NCBI GenBank assembly: GCA_964016885.1
Contig: OZ024740.1
Location: 56,234,001-56,298,000, forward strand
Direction: 5' to 3'
DNA length: 64,000 nt
DNA from: Eledone cirrhosa
Taxonomy: Eukaryota
Position numbers and translations under genes: made by a program. Below the pieces are notes generated by a model. That model did not search any database. It was not told the DNA's origin and saw only the letters and a list, made by a program, of their open reading frames with translations. This document shows positions 12,820 through 36,968 of the stretch, piece by piece (within the stretch, counting starts at the first letter, position 1; every line of letters begins with the position of its first letter).

Positions 12820-13330
12820 TTCCTGGGAATGTTGTGGAATGGGATGGGGGAAAAGTCCTCAACCACACCTTGCAGCGGGTCCTACCAGAAGCAACGGTCT
12901 CCAATTCATTCGACTGGATTCCCAAATTAGACCAGCCGAGTTCATGTATGTTATCCAGCCATCTGAAGAGAGCAGAATCCCAGAGGCGTTCCTGATAGCA
13001 GGTGTAGAGGAAGACTTCTTATTACGAAGTCGGAGGATGATCTGCGAGAATGCTTTATTTGCTGATCTGAAGTTGGATTCTAAAAAAACCTCCCATGTCT
13101 TAACTTTGGATACCTTTACAGTCTTTGGTGGGATTTTTCGCGCCTGCTTGTACCATAAGTGCAAGAAGGAGAACTTATTTCCAAACCAAGTTTGGTAAGG
13201 CTCCTTCTTTTTTCGGATAGGATCTCTAGTCCTTTAGTTGAACGTAGGTATCCTCCTGTCACTCGGCACCACACCCAGTCGCTTTCACTCTTAGTATTTA
13301 ACAGCCGAAGCAGAAACTGCAGCCTCTACC
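12820..13330 (-). mobile_element. Internally deleted RTE LINE
   Basis: EN-RT linker (YKQARK..SKVKTWE..LESNFRSANKAF..AIRNASGILLSS) joined directly to the 3' end (RWLDNIHELGWS). Confidence 0.75.
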
Positions 13331-13344
13331 GTCATCTATATCAT

Positions 13345-13526
13345 AATAATTGTTTCTACTTTAGGCACAAGGCCAGCAAATTACCCAGTGCATTACTGGT
13401 ACTTTATTTTATCGACCCCGTAAGGATGAAAGGCAAAGTAAACCTCGGCGGGATTTGAACTCAGACTGTAAAGGGACGTAACTATGCTGGAAAGCATGGC
13501 GTCCGACTCTCTACCGATACTGCCAA
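13345..13526 (-). mobile_element. tRNA-derived SINE
   Basis: Near-complete family copy. Confidence 0.9.
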
Positions 13527-13543
13527 ATAATCATTATCATTTT

Positions 13544-13730
13544 GTGGATTGGCAGTATCGGTAGAGGGTCGGACGCCATGCTTTGACGCAAAGAGTTACG
13601 GCGCTTTCCATTCTGAGTTCAAATCCCACCGAGGTTAACTTTGCCTTTCATCCTTACGGGGTCGATAAAATAAAGTACCAGTAATACACTGGATAATTGC
13701 TGGCCTTGTGCCAAAAGTAGAAACAATTAT
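13544..13730 (+). mobile_element. tRNA-derived SINE, head-to-head with previous copy
   Basis: GTGGATTGGCAGTATCGG head, GAGTTCAAATCC B box, core and tail. Confidence 0.9.
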
Positions 13731-14236
13731 CATTTTATCATTATCATTATCATTTATCATTATCTCTCTGCTTTTCATTCAATTTCCTTTCATCCGAATC
13801 ACAACCCTATTTCCATCATCATTACCGTCGTTGTTATCAACGGCGACGTTCTTTCGTTCTAACCACCCCCCCCCCCCTCCATCTTCACCATATTCTAGTT
13901 CATTATATTGACATTATCATGTTCATTATCATTAAAATAACAACAACTTTATTATCATGTTCTGTCTGTTTTCACATTTGTCTTCTTCGTCTTCTAGCCA
14001 TTAATTCTCGTCTCTATTTCTCATACTCATCATTCCTAGTGTTTCATTTTCTTAAGACGCTGTTGGGAGGAAGTTGGGGGAGAAACCGAAAGAGATAACA
14101 AAACGCTTCGAAAAATACAAAAACCAAAACAACAGCAATCACTTCTTCCTCCCCCCCCCCCTCTCTCTCTTTCTCTCTTTACTTCCTTCTCTCCCTCTCT
14201 ATGATACGAGCAGCTGTGACAAGTGAACAAAGTCAT

Positions 14237-14254
14237 GTTTTATTTCTTTCAGTC
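14237..14254 (+). promoter_or_regulatory. Candidate Initiator (TCAGTC) or splice acceptor (pyrimidine tract + CAG)
   Basis: TTTTATTTCTTTCAGTC downstream of a CT-rich tract and upstream of ~540 bp of unique UTR-like sequence. Confidence 0.3.
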
Positions 14255-14793
14255 GATTGTTGTTGGTCAGGGAAGGTCAACATGCAAAGGGAGCGAGTCA
14301 TATTTCCGTCCTAGTGTGTGGCGCCAGCCAGCCAAGAAACTAAGGTTGAAAGCAGCAGTGGTATACCCCGATAAGAGAATTTGAAGAAGACCTATTGAAT
14401 ACTTTTACTGTGGCATCAGCAGCAACCAAACTTCAACCTACGAACTACCACGCGAAATAACTCCCTCCCCTCACTCTTTTAGTATAAACAACACTAAGGA
14501 AGAATTTGTTTGTATATTTGTTTGTTTGTTTAGTAGGCTATTTATATCGTTGTTTTCGCTTGTTGTTGGTGTTGATGTTGGTGTCGTAAATATTTTCTTT
14601 ATTTTTTTTTTTTACATTCTTTTTTGTTTGATTTTTAGTTGGTAGAACTTCTTATGACCACTATTTTACGGGAAGGAAGCCGCCGTAAGAACAACTCAGA
14701 GAGAAATATGTAAACACTTCACAAACTACACGGAACTGAAAAAAAGAAAAATTAATTAATTTATTTATTCATTCATTCATTTAAACATCAAGG

Positions 14794-14885
14794 ATGCCGA
14801 TTACAAGAACATGTACCTGTAATACATTCGGGTTGATTCATTCGACTATGCTATATAATGCTCCACAAATTGGAATTACGCCAAT
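14794..14885 (+). CDS. Candidate first coding exon of an unidentified host gene (MPITRTCTCNTFGLIHSTMLYNAPQIGITP..)
   Basis: ATG in CAAGGATG context, 92 nt open, followed by donor-like GTAAGA; lies in the main long transposon-free stretch. No homology recognised. Confidence 0.4.
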
Positions 14886-15595
14886 GTAAGAATATATTAT
14901 CATTATTAGTTTTAATTTGCTTGTTAGTTGTTGTTGTTATTATTGTTATCGTTATTATTAATGTAATTGTCTTTCATCTTACTATGTCGATAAAATAAAG
15001 TATTTGCTGGCCTTGTGCCAAACGTAGAAACATCATTGTTAATGTAATTTAGCATTGTCACATCGCGGAAAAGACTGTGATATTCTTAGCAATAATATCT
15101 ATTAACTCCCTCGAGGAACACTTTATTTTGTTGGATTTAGACTAAGGTATAGAAAAACAATCTCTCTCTCTCTTTCTCTCTCTCTATCACATTATTGGAA
15201 TATAAAGAATTCATTGCGTATGAGAGGTGTCAACCGTCACACCTCACGAGTAAACTCGCCAGAAATATTACTGCAATATTATACATAATTTCTACGCTGA
15301 TAGTTGGCTCGAGCTGATACATAAAATAATATTTCTGATTACATAAAAGCTTCGGTTGTAACGATAGAGCAGCATTTTATCGCTCTTTAATTTTGGACAC
15401 CAGTAAAATAAAGACAGAGTGTAAGCTGATCATTTAATTAAATTAATTACATTGGTTACATATTTATTGGTGATAGTACATTGGTTACATATTTATTGGT
15501 GATAGCTATCAGCTATCTACACAGAGTGAGAGAGAGAGACAAACACACACAAACAGCACACCCACAGACACACACACACATATATATATATGTGT

Positions 15596-15815
15596 GTATG
15601 TGTGTCCCACAAAAATATTCACACATTGATAAAATGTTATTAGAATGCTGTTGAAATGTGTATACATTTTTGAGGGACACATACAGTGCCCCCCCCCCCC
15701 CCCCCAATGTATATACAGGGTGTCTCCAAAAATGAATACACACTTCAACAGCATTCTAATTGATATTGCCTGTACAGGTTATCAAAGTGTGTATACATTC
15801 TTTTAGGACGCTATA
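15596..15815. mobile_element. Two short mariner-type MITEs in inverted orientation
   Basis: TACAGGGTGTCTCCAAAAATGAATACACACTT with matching reverse end; the two ~90-100 bp copies are reverse complements. Confidence 0.5.
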
Positions 15816-16244
15816 TATATATAAAATATATATATATATAAAATTAATTAAATATATATACATATAAATTAATTAAATATATATACATATATATATCGAT
15901 AAGATGGGCTAACGCTGACTAAAATTAATTAAATATATATATATATATATCAAGTAAGTATGTTTTGAAACCCTGAGCAGGTTTGAAATTAGAAAATAGA
16001 ATAGCTTTCACCGTATTTTTTGACTAAAGAAATGTTAGCCTGATAATGGGGTTTAGAACCCTCAGATAAATGGAAAAGGATGAGTTTTGACGTACATGGG
16101 AGTTTTGAGGTACATATATTAATTAATATGTATATATATACTTATATTAATTAATATATATATATATATATTTAATTAATTTTAGTCAGCGTTAGCCCAT
16201 CTTATCGACACCAGTTCTTATTTTTTCGAGACTGACTTATTGAT

Positions 16245-16378
16245 CACACGCACAGACATTCACAAATCGTTAGAGAACCCGAGGCAAATAATAGAAGACT
16301 TGCCCAAGAGGTATGGGGTTGGACTAAATCTGTAACCAGGTGATTGCGAAATGAACTCCTTAACCACTCAGCAATGCA
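16245..16378 (-). mobile_element. Second tRNA-derived SINE family, diverged (CORE-like)
   Basis: Minus strand GCATTGCTGAGTGGTTAAGG head and CTTGGGCAAGTC core-like motif. Confidence 0.55.
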
Positions 16379-17085
16379 TACACACACACGCACACATATA
16401 TATGTAATGATTTCTATTGAATGAAACAGTTCTAATCCTGTAGAAGTCATTTCTACATTAAACTTGATGTTTACACCCTTAATAACTGTGGTTACCACCG
16501 TTTGAACCCAGGACTGTATGTATGTGTATATATGTGTGTGTGTGTGTGTGTGTATACCCCCCATACACGCACACACACATATACACATATATGTGTGGAT
16601 GAATGCATGTATATATATATATACGAATGATGAATCAACACATATCAAATATGTTTAGAATTTTGTGTTTCTCAATAAGTAGGCTAAATAGACTTATCTA
16701 GAGCTATAATATCCAAATTAAAACAAATATGTTTAAATATGTATGAAACAGCGCTATATGATTTCATCTGCATACATATTCTTCTATAGAATATGTATTT
16801 GGTATATATGCAATATACCGTGTTTCTTTGTGATACATATATAAGCATATATCTTTGAATTTGTATGTATATGAATGTATGAAATCATATAAAACCACAA
16901 GTCAATCTCTTATGTTACTAGACAATGCTACCATGTCCACCTCGAATCACACCCTTATTTTTTAAAAATTACGATACACTGGGCAATATATACCTCGATA
17001 TGCAAAAAAAGCGGAAATATCACTTCATACAGAGTTAGGATGAGTGGTGGATTTAGGAAATTTTAATTTCTACAAACATAGATGC

Positions 17086-17133
<48 letters not shown>

Positions 17134-17228
17134 TACGTAGTTCCGAAGGAAAAGCAAAGGAAAAAATAGTGCTCTATGTATGGAAAAGAGCTATTTAATT
17201 AGAAAGTGAACAACACAAAATATAACTA

Positions 17229-17295
17229 CTCCATTACCAAAGGTTTCTGGACCCTGACAATATTAATCTACGTCTGGATCGGTCATCAGACAGAG
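17229..17295 (-). ncRNA. Candidate type I hammerhead ribozyme (imperfect)
   Basis: ctctgt CTGATGA [gatccagac..gtcagggtc] GAAA cc-ttt-gg TA atggag; stem I pairs with two G-U wobbles. Confidence 0.5.
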
Positions 17296-17406
17296 AGATG
17301 TTATCTAGTCCTGGACTAGAACTAGATAACATCTCTGTCAGTGTGTTCTGTTATTATTTCGGGCAATATTATTACAACAATATGACCCTCCCCAAGTATA
17401 ACAATA

Positions 17407-17454
<48 letters not shown>

Positions 17455-17862
17455 CATAAACGGAGAAAGGAATTAGCGATACTGCGACCAATTTCCAACT
17501 CACTCAACAAACATTAGGAAATACCGGAGTATATTCCCAATTAAAAGTTTGGAGTGCTAACTATATTGTATTGTGTGGATAATTGGGTGTATTATTTTAT
17601 GATATGATATATATATATAAAGGCCTCTGTGTGTAGAAATAAAAAATTTCCTAAATCCCCCACACATATATGTATGTATATATATATATATGTGTGTATG
17701 TGTGTGTGTGCATATGTATGTATACATTTATTTGCTGACAATCGTTTCTTCCAGGGGGATGTCTGGATTCATCTGAGCATAGGGAATGTCTAAACAGGTG
17801 ATTAAAATCCTAGTCTTCAGAACATTTAGGTTGATACATAACTGTTGTCAGTGTCCTAGACA

Positions 17863-21866
<4,004 letters not shown>

Positions 21867-22135
21867 ACATATGTATACTGAAATACTAGTATGCATATGA
21901 ATACACACATATGGATGTACATTTTTAACTTAATTGTTTAAGCGTCAGTCATACGAAAGTGAGTTACAAACGAAACGAAATTTAATTTCGTTTCGTTATT
22001 TGTTTTTATCGTCTCCGTTGAACCGGTACGTACTCACGCTCTATGCAAATTAGTCTGCCCACTACTAATTTTCATAGAAAAAGCATATAACGATATGTGC
22101 TTTTACGATTCTCTAGAAAGGCCGGAAGATAGGTA

Positions 22136-22180
22136 AATATTGCTGATGAGTTGTAACAACAACGAAACTAGTTCAATATT
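22136..22180 (+). ncRNA. Minimal type I hammerhead ribozyme
   Basis: aatattg CTGATGA gttgt-aaca-acaac GAAA ctag TT caatatt: 7-bp stem I, 5-bp stem II, palindromic CTAG stem-III loop. Confidence 0.92.
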
Positions 22181-22601
22181 CCTTGTCTGGCTTTCTGTAG
22201 AATAGAGGAAAGGTGTTTCCTCAAAAACCAGTATGACTCTAAAAACCGGTTTGTCTGTGTGTTTACATACAGAATAGCTGGTCACTCACAGTAAAGTGAC
22301 CAGTGAAAAAATCGGTACATCTACATATGTATACGTGTGTGTATTCATATGCATACTAGTATTTCAGTATACATATGTGGATGTACATTTTTAACTTAAT
22401 TGTTTAAGCGTCAGTCATACGAAAGTGAGTTACAAACGAAACGAAATTTAATTTCGTTTCGTTATTTGTTTTTATCGTCTCCGTTGAACCGGTACGTACT
22501 CACGCTCTATGCAAATTAGTCTGCCCACTACTAATTTTCATAGAAAAAGCATATAACGATATGTGCTTTTACGATTCTCTAGAAAGGCCGGAAGATAGGT
22601 A

Positions 22602-22646
22602 AATATTGCTGATGAGTTGTAACAACAACGAAACTAGTTCAATATT
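22602..22646 (+). ncRNA. Minimal type I hammerhead ribozyme (second copy)
   Basis: Identical to 22136-22180. Confidence 0.92.
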
Positions 22647-22941
22647 CCTTGTCTGGCTTTCTGTAGAATAGAGGAAAGGTGTTTCCTCAAAAACCAGTAT
22701 GACTCTAAAAACCGGTTTGTCTGTGTGTTTACATACAGAATAGCTGGTCACTCACAGTAAAGTGACCAGTGAAAAAATCGGTACATCTACATATGTATAC
22801 GTGTGTGTATTCATATGCATACTAGTATTTCAGTATACATATGTGGATGTACATTTTTAACTTAATTGTTTAAGCGTCAGTCATACGAAAGTGAGTTACA
22901 AACGAAACGAAATTTAATTTCGTTTCGTTATTTGTTTTTAT

Positions 22942-25738
<2,797 letters not shown>

Positions 25739-25938
25739 NNNNNNNNNNNNNNNNNNNNNNNNNNNNNNNNNNNNNNNNNNNNNNNNNNNNNNNNNNNNNN
25801 NNNNNNNNNNNNNNNNNNNNNNNNNNNNNNNNNNNNNNNNNNNNNNNNNNNNNNNNNNNNNNNNNNNNNNNNNNNNNNNNNNNNNNNNNNNNNNNNNNNN
25901 NNNNNNNNNNNNNNNNNNNNNNNNNNNNNNNNNNNNNN
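25739..25938. other. Assembly gap (200 N)
   Basis: Run of n. Confidence 1.
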
Positions 25939-27192
25939 AATTGGAATAAATGCTCTGAAATAGCGATATATATGTGAATATAGACATAGAATATTCGAAA
26001 ATATTCTGTATGTTTATAATAAACATTTTGAAGACCTAATCGCTATAGAATAGAATACGTCACGTATTACAATAGATTCTCGATAAAAGCAAGGGAAGGA
26101 ATCTACGCGTTTCATTCTTATTAGAAATCTTCAGGACTACATATCCAGTGCTTTTATCGAGAATGACACAGCTAGAGACTTATAGAATACTTAGCTGTGT
26201 ACAGGAACTGGTTTGAAAGAGCGGTTGCCGGTCCGGCAGAAATTAGAAATTGGAATAAATGCTCTGAAATAGCGATATATATGTGAATATAGACATAGAA
26301 TATTCGAAAATATTCTGTATGTTTATAATAAACATTTTGAAGACCTAATCGCTATAGAATAGAATACGTCACGTATTACAATTAGATTCTCGATAAAAGC
26401 AAGGGAAGTAATCTACGCGTTTCATTCTTATTAGAAATCTTCAGGACTACATATCCAGTGCTTTTATCGAGAATGACACAGCTAGAGACTTATAGAATAC
26501 TTAGCTGTGTACAGAACTGGTTTGAAAGAGCGGTTGCCGGTCCGGCAGAAATTAGAAATTGGAATAAATGCTCTGAAATAGCGATATATATGTGAATATA
26601 GACCATAGAATATTCGAAAATATTCTGTATGTTTATAATAAACATTTTGAAGACCTAATCGCTATAGAATAGAATACGTCACGTATTACAATTAGATTCT
26701 CGATAAAAGCAAGGGAAGTAATCTACGCGTTTCATTCTTATTAGAAATCTTCAGGACTACATATCCAGTGCTTTTATCGAGAATGACACAGCTAGAGACT
26801 TATAGAATACTTAGCTGTGTACAGGAACTGGTTTGAAAGAGCGGTTGCCGGTCCGCAGAAATTAGAAATTGGAATAAATGCTCTGAAATAGCGATATATA
26901 TGTGAATATAGACATAGAATATTCGAAAATATTCTGTATGTTTATAATAAACATTTTGAAGACCTAATCGCTATAGAATAGAATACGTCACGTATTACAA
27001 TTAGATTCTCGATAAAAGCAAGGGAAGTAATCTACGCGTTTCATTCTTATTAGAAATCTTCAGGACTACATATCCAGTGCTTTTATCGAGAATGACACAG
27101 CTAGAGACTTATAGAATTAGGTCTTCAAAATGTTTATTATAAACATACAGAACATTTTCGAATATTCTATGTCTATATTCACATATATATAT
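25939..27192 (-). mobile_element. 310-bp tandem repeat array 1 (3.8 units, 4 HHRs) with inverted end; retrozyme-like
   Basis: Units start at 25941, 26250, 26559, 26869; HHRs at 26098-26140, 26408-26450, 26718-26760, 27027-27069; inverted segment ~27116-27192. Confidence 0.88.
26408..26450 (-). ncRNA. Minimal type I hammerhead ribozyme (representative of 9 copies)
   Basis: Minus strand gtagtc CTGAAGA t-ttct-aata-agaa-t GAAA cgcg TA gattac: full core, 6-bp stem I, palindromic CGCG loop, GUA cleavage triplet. Confidence 0.92.
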
Positions 27193-28693
<1,501 letters not shown>

Positions 28694-28694
<1 letters not shown>

Positions 28695-30253
28695 TGGAAT
28701 AAATGCTCTGAAATAGCGATATATATGTGAATATAGACATAGAATATTCGAAAATATTCTGTATGTTTATAATAAACATTTGAAGACCTAATCGCTATAG
28801 AATAGAATACGTCACGTATTACAATTAGATTCTCGATAAAAGCAAGGGAAGTAATCTACGCGTTTCATTCTTATTAGAAATCTTCAGGACTACATATCCA
28901 GTGCTTTTATCGAGAATGACACAGCTAGAGACTTATAGAATACTTAGCTGTGTACAGGAACTGGTTTGAAAGAGCGGTTGCCGGTCCGGCAGAAATTAGA
29001 AATTGGAATAAATGCTCTGAAATAGCGATATATATGTGAATATAGACATAGAATATTCGAAAATATTCTGTATGTTTATAATAAACATTTTGAAGACCTA
29101 ATCGCTATAGAATAGAATACGTCACGTATTACAATTAGATTCTCGATAAAAGCAAGGGAAGGAATCTACGCGTTTCATTCTTATTAGAAATCTTCAGGAC
29201 TACATATCCAGTGCTTTTATCGAGAATGACACAGCTAGAGACTTATAGAATACTTAGCTGTGTACAGGAACTGGTTTGAAAGAGCGGTTGCCGGTCCGGC
29301 AGAAATTAGAAATTGGAATAAATGCTCTGAAATAGCGATATATATGTGAATATAGACATAGAATATTCGAAAATATTCTGTATGTTTATAATAAACATTT
29401 TGAAGACCTAATCGCTATAGAATAGAATACGTCACGTATTACAATTAGATTCTCGATAAAAGCAAGGGAAGTAATCTACGCGTTTCATTCTTATTAGAAA
29501 TCTTCAGGACTACATATCCAGTGCTTTTATCGAGAATGACACAGCTAGAGACTTATAGAATACTTAGCTGTGTACAGGAACTGGTTTGAAAGAGCGGTTG
29601 CCGGTCCGGCAGAAATTAGAAATGGAATAAATGCTCTGAAATAGCGATATATATGTGAATATAGACATAGAATATTCGAAAATATTCTGTATGTTTATAA
29701 TAAACATTTTGAAGACCTAATCGCTATAGAATAGAATACGTCACGTATTACAATTAGATTCTCGATAAAAGCAAGGGAAGTAATCTACGCGTTTCATTCT
29801 TATTAGAAATCTTCAGGACTACATATCCAGTGCTTTTATCGAGAATGACACAGCTAGAGACTTATAGAATACTTAGCTGTGTACAGGAACTGGTTTGAAA
29901 GAGCGGTTGCCGGTCCGGCAGAAATTAGAATTGAATAAATGCTCTGAAATAGCGATATATATGTGAATATAGACATAGAATATTCGAAAATATTCTGTAT
30001 GTTTATAATAAACATTTTGAAGACCTAATCGCTATAGAATAGAATACGTCACGTATTACAATTAGATTCTCGATAAAAGCAAGGGAAGTAATCTACGCGT
30101 TTCATTCTTATTAGAAATCTTCAGGACTACATATCCAGTGCTTTTATCGAGAATGACACAGCTAGAGACTTATAGAATTAGGTCTTCAAAATGTTTATTA
30201 TAAACATACAGAACATTTTCGAATATTCTATGTCTATATTCACATATATATAT
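28694..30253 (-). mobile_element. 310-bp tandem repeat array 2 (4.8 units, 5 HHRs) with inverted end; retrozyme-like
   Basis: Units start at ~28694, 29003, 29313, 29623, 29931; HHRs at 28851-28893, 29161-29203, 29471-29513, 29780-29822, 30088-30130; inverted segment ~30177-30253. Confidence 0.88.
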
Positions 30254-34320
<4,067 letters not shown>

Positions 34321-34741
34321 TTACCATGGGTATACAAAACCACGCACATATAAATATGTGTGTGTGTGTATGCTTGTGTACAAATAAATAAATAATTATA
34401 TGAACGTATATAAGTAAATAAATACGTATATAACAAGCGCACACGCATGCCTACATGTAAATACACGAATGTTCGGAGACGTAAGTCAACTAAAACAAGA
34501 AGTACATATATACACACACCCACCATACGTACGAACCTGCACACTCACGCGGACACAAAACTCCCGTATACACATAGCCAAACCCTAAATACCAGAATAT
34601 GTAAAAATTATACGCTATAACAGTCAAATATACGTACAAGAAGGTATACATACCTTCGCAAAACATACGGGTAATATATACTTACCTATGCAAATAAGTA
34701 AAGGAATAAACAAAACATATACTTAGCTCCCACATCAAGAC

Positions 34742-35720
34742 CTAAAATATCCACGTATAGATCGTGCTATCCGTTAGGGTATAACGTGGGGCTGTAATAC
34801 AGGAAAGTTTTGTGCAATTTATGTTACAAGCCGAAATTGCCTCAGATTTTTTGTTTAAGATGTGGTCTGTAGCGTAGAGTATTTCCAGGGCCTCAGCGGC
34901 GCAGAGGTCACATGGTCTTTTATTTCCGTTATACGATCTAGCCCTAGCTAGGATCTCCCAGTGTAACTTATATTGGGTGTGGTTGTCTTTTAGACGCCAG
35001 ATATAAGCTGAAAGTGACGTCATATTCCTTCTTAGAGGGTAACGAAAAGAATGGGTATGCATGTAAAGACGCTGCTTGAAACTATTGGCGGTTAACCCTA
35101 TGTAGGCCCTACGGGACGTGGGTGTTACAACCTTACATTTGTAGACAATGTTACTAGAGAGGCATTTCCCGGATAGGGGGCAATCAGCCCGATTCCTACA
35201 ATTGCAGTTAGTACTAACTACAGGGTTGCACGTGTTCCTACGGCTAGGTAGTTTAGCTAAATTTGAAGCTGTGATGTTATGTGCAAGGTTAGGAGTCGTA
35301 GAGTAAGAAATTTTAATAGTATTTCTATTAAAAATGTTGCTATATTTATGTGTAAGGGGAAAATGCTTCGTAATAAGGGAAAGAAAGATCTTAGCTAATG
35401 GTGTGGCCACCTCCATATTATATGGTGGGTTAAACCAACAAATGCGACGGGATCTATTTCTTCTATGTCTATTTTCGTACACTGTATATGCTACCTTATC
35501 GATAAATCCACTTCGAGCAAGAGCTTCATTGTAATAAGTGGAATGGTCGTAGAAAATACGCTCGTTGGTGGAAAGACGGGAAAGCCTCAACGAAACGTTT
35601 CTTACCAGGTTCTTGGTTATGCTGGCAGGATGGTTGGAATGCTTACTTATGTAATTAAGCGTATCATTCGGCTTTCTATACGGGTAATACCATCATTCGG
35701 CTTTCTATACGGGTAATACC
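34742..35720 (-). mobile_element. 5'-truncated Penelope-like element (RT thumb, Cys-rich linker, GIY-YIG endonuclease)
   Basis: [20 protein letters not shown] upstream of ORF 34742..35590, which has WFNPPY, NCNCR..CPL..KC and AYIGLT..FKQR..H; ~29-bp tandem duplication at the truncation point. Confidence 0.9.
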
Positions 35721-35764
35721 TTATCGAGCCCTCTTTGGATTTTAGTCTTCAATTTTATTATTAT

Positions 35765-36951
<1,187 letters not shown>

Positions 36952-36968
36952 TTCAAAAGGACAATAGC

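Larger units (their letters stand above)
21867..22941 (+). mobile_element. 466-bp tandem repeat (2.2 copies) with one HHR per full unit and inverted 5' end; retrozyme-like
   Basis: Apparently identical units offset by 466 (21913, 22379, 22845); 21867-21908 is the reverse complement of unit sequence at ~22337-22378. Confidence 0.85.

Noticed and set aside
13544-13630. tRNA gene
   Set aside because: A/B boxes belong to the SINE head and continue into SINE core and tail.
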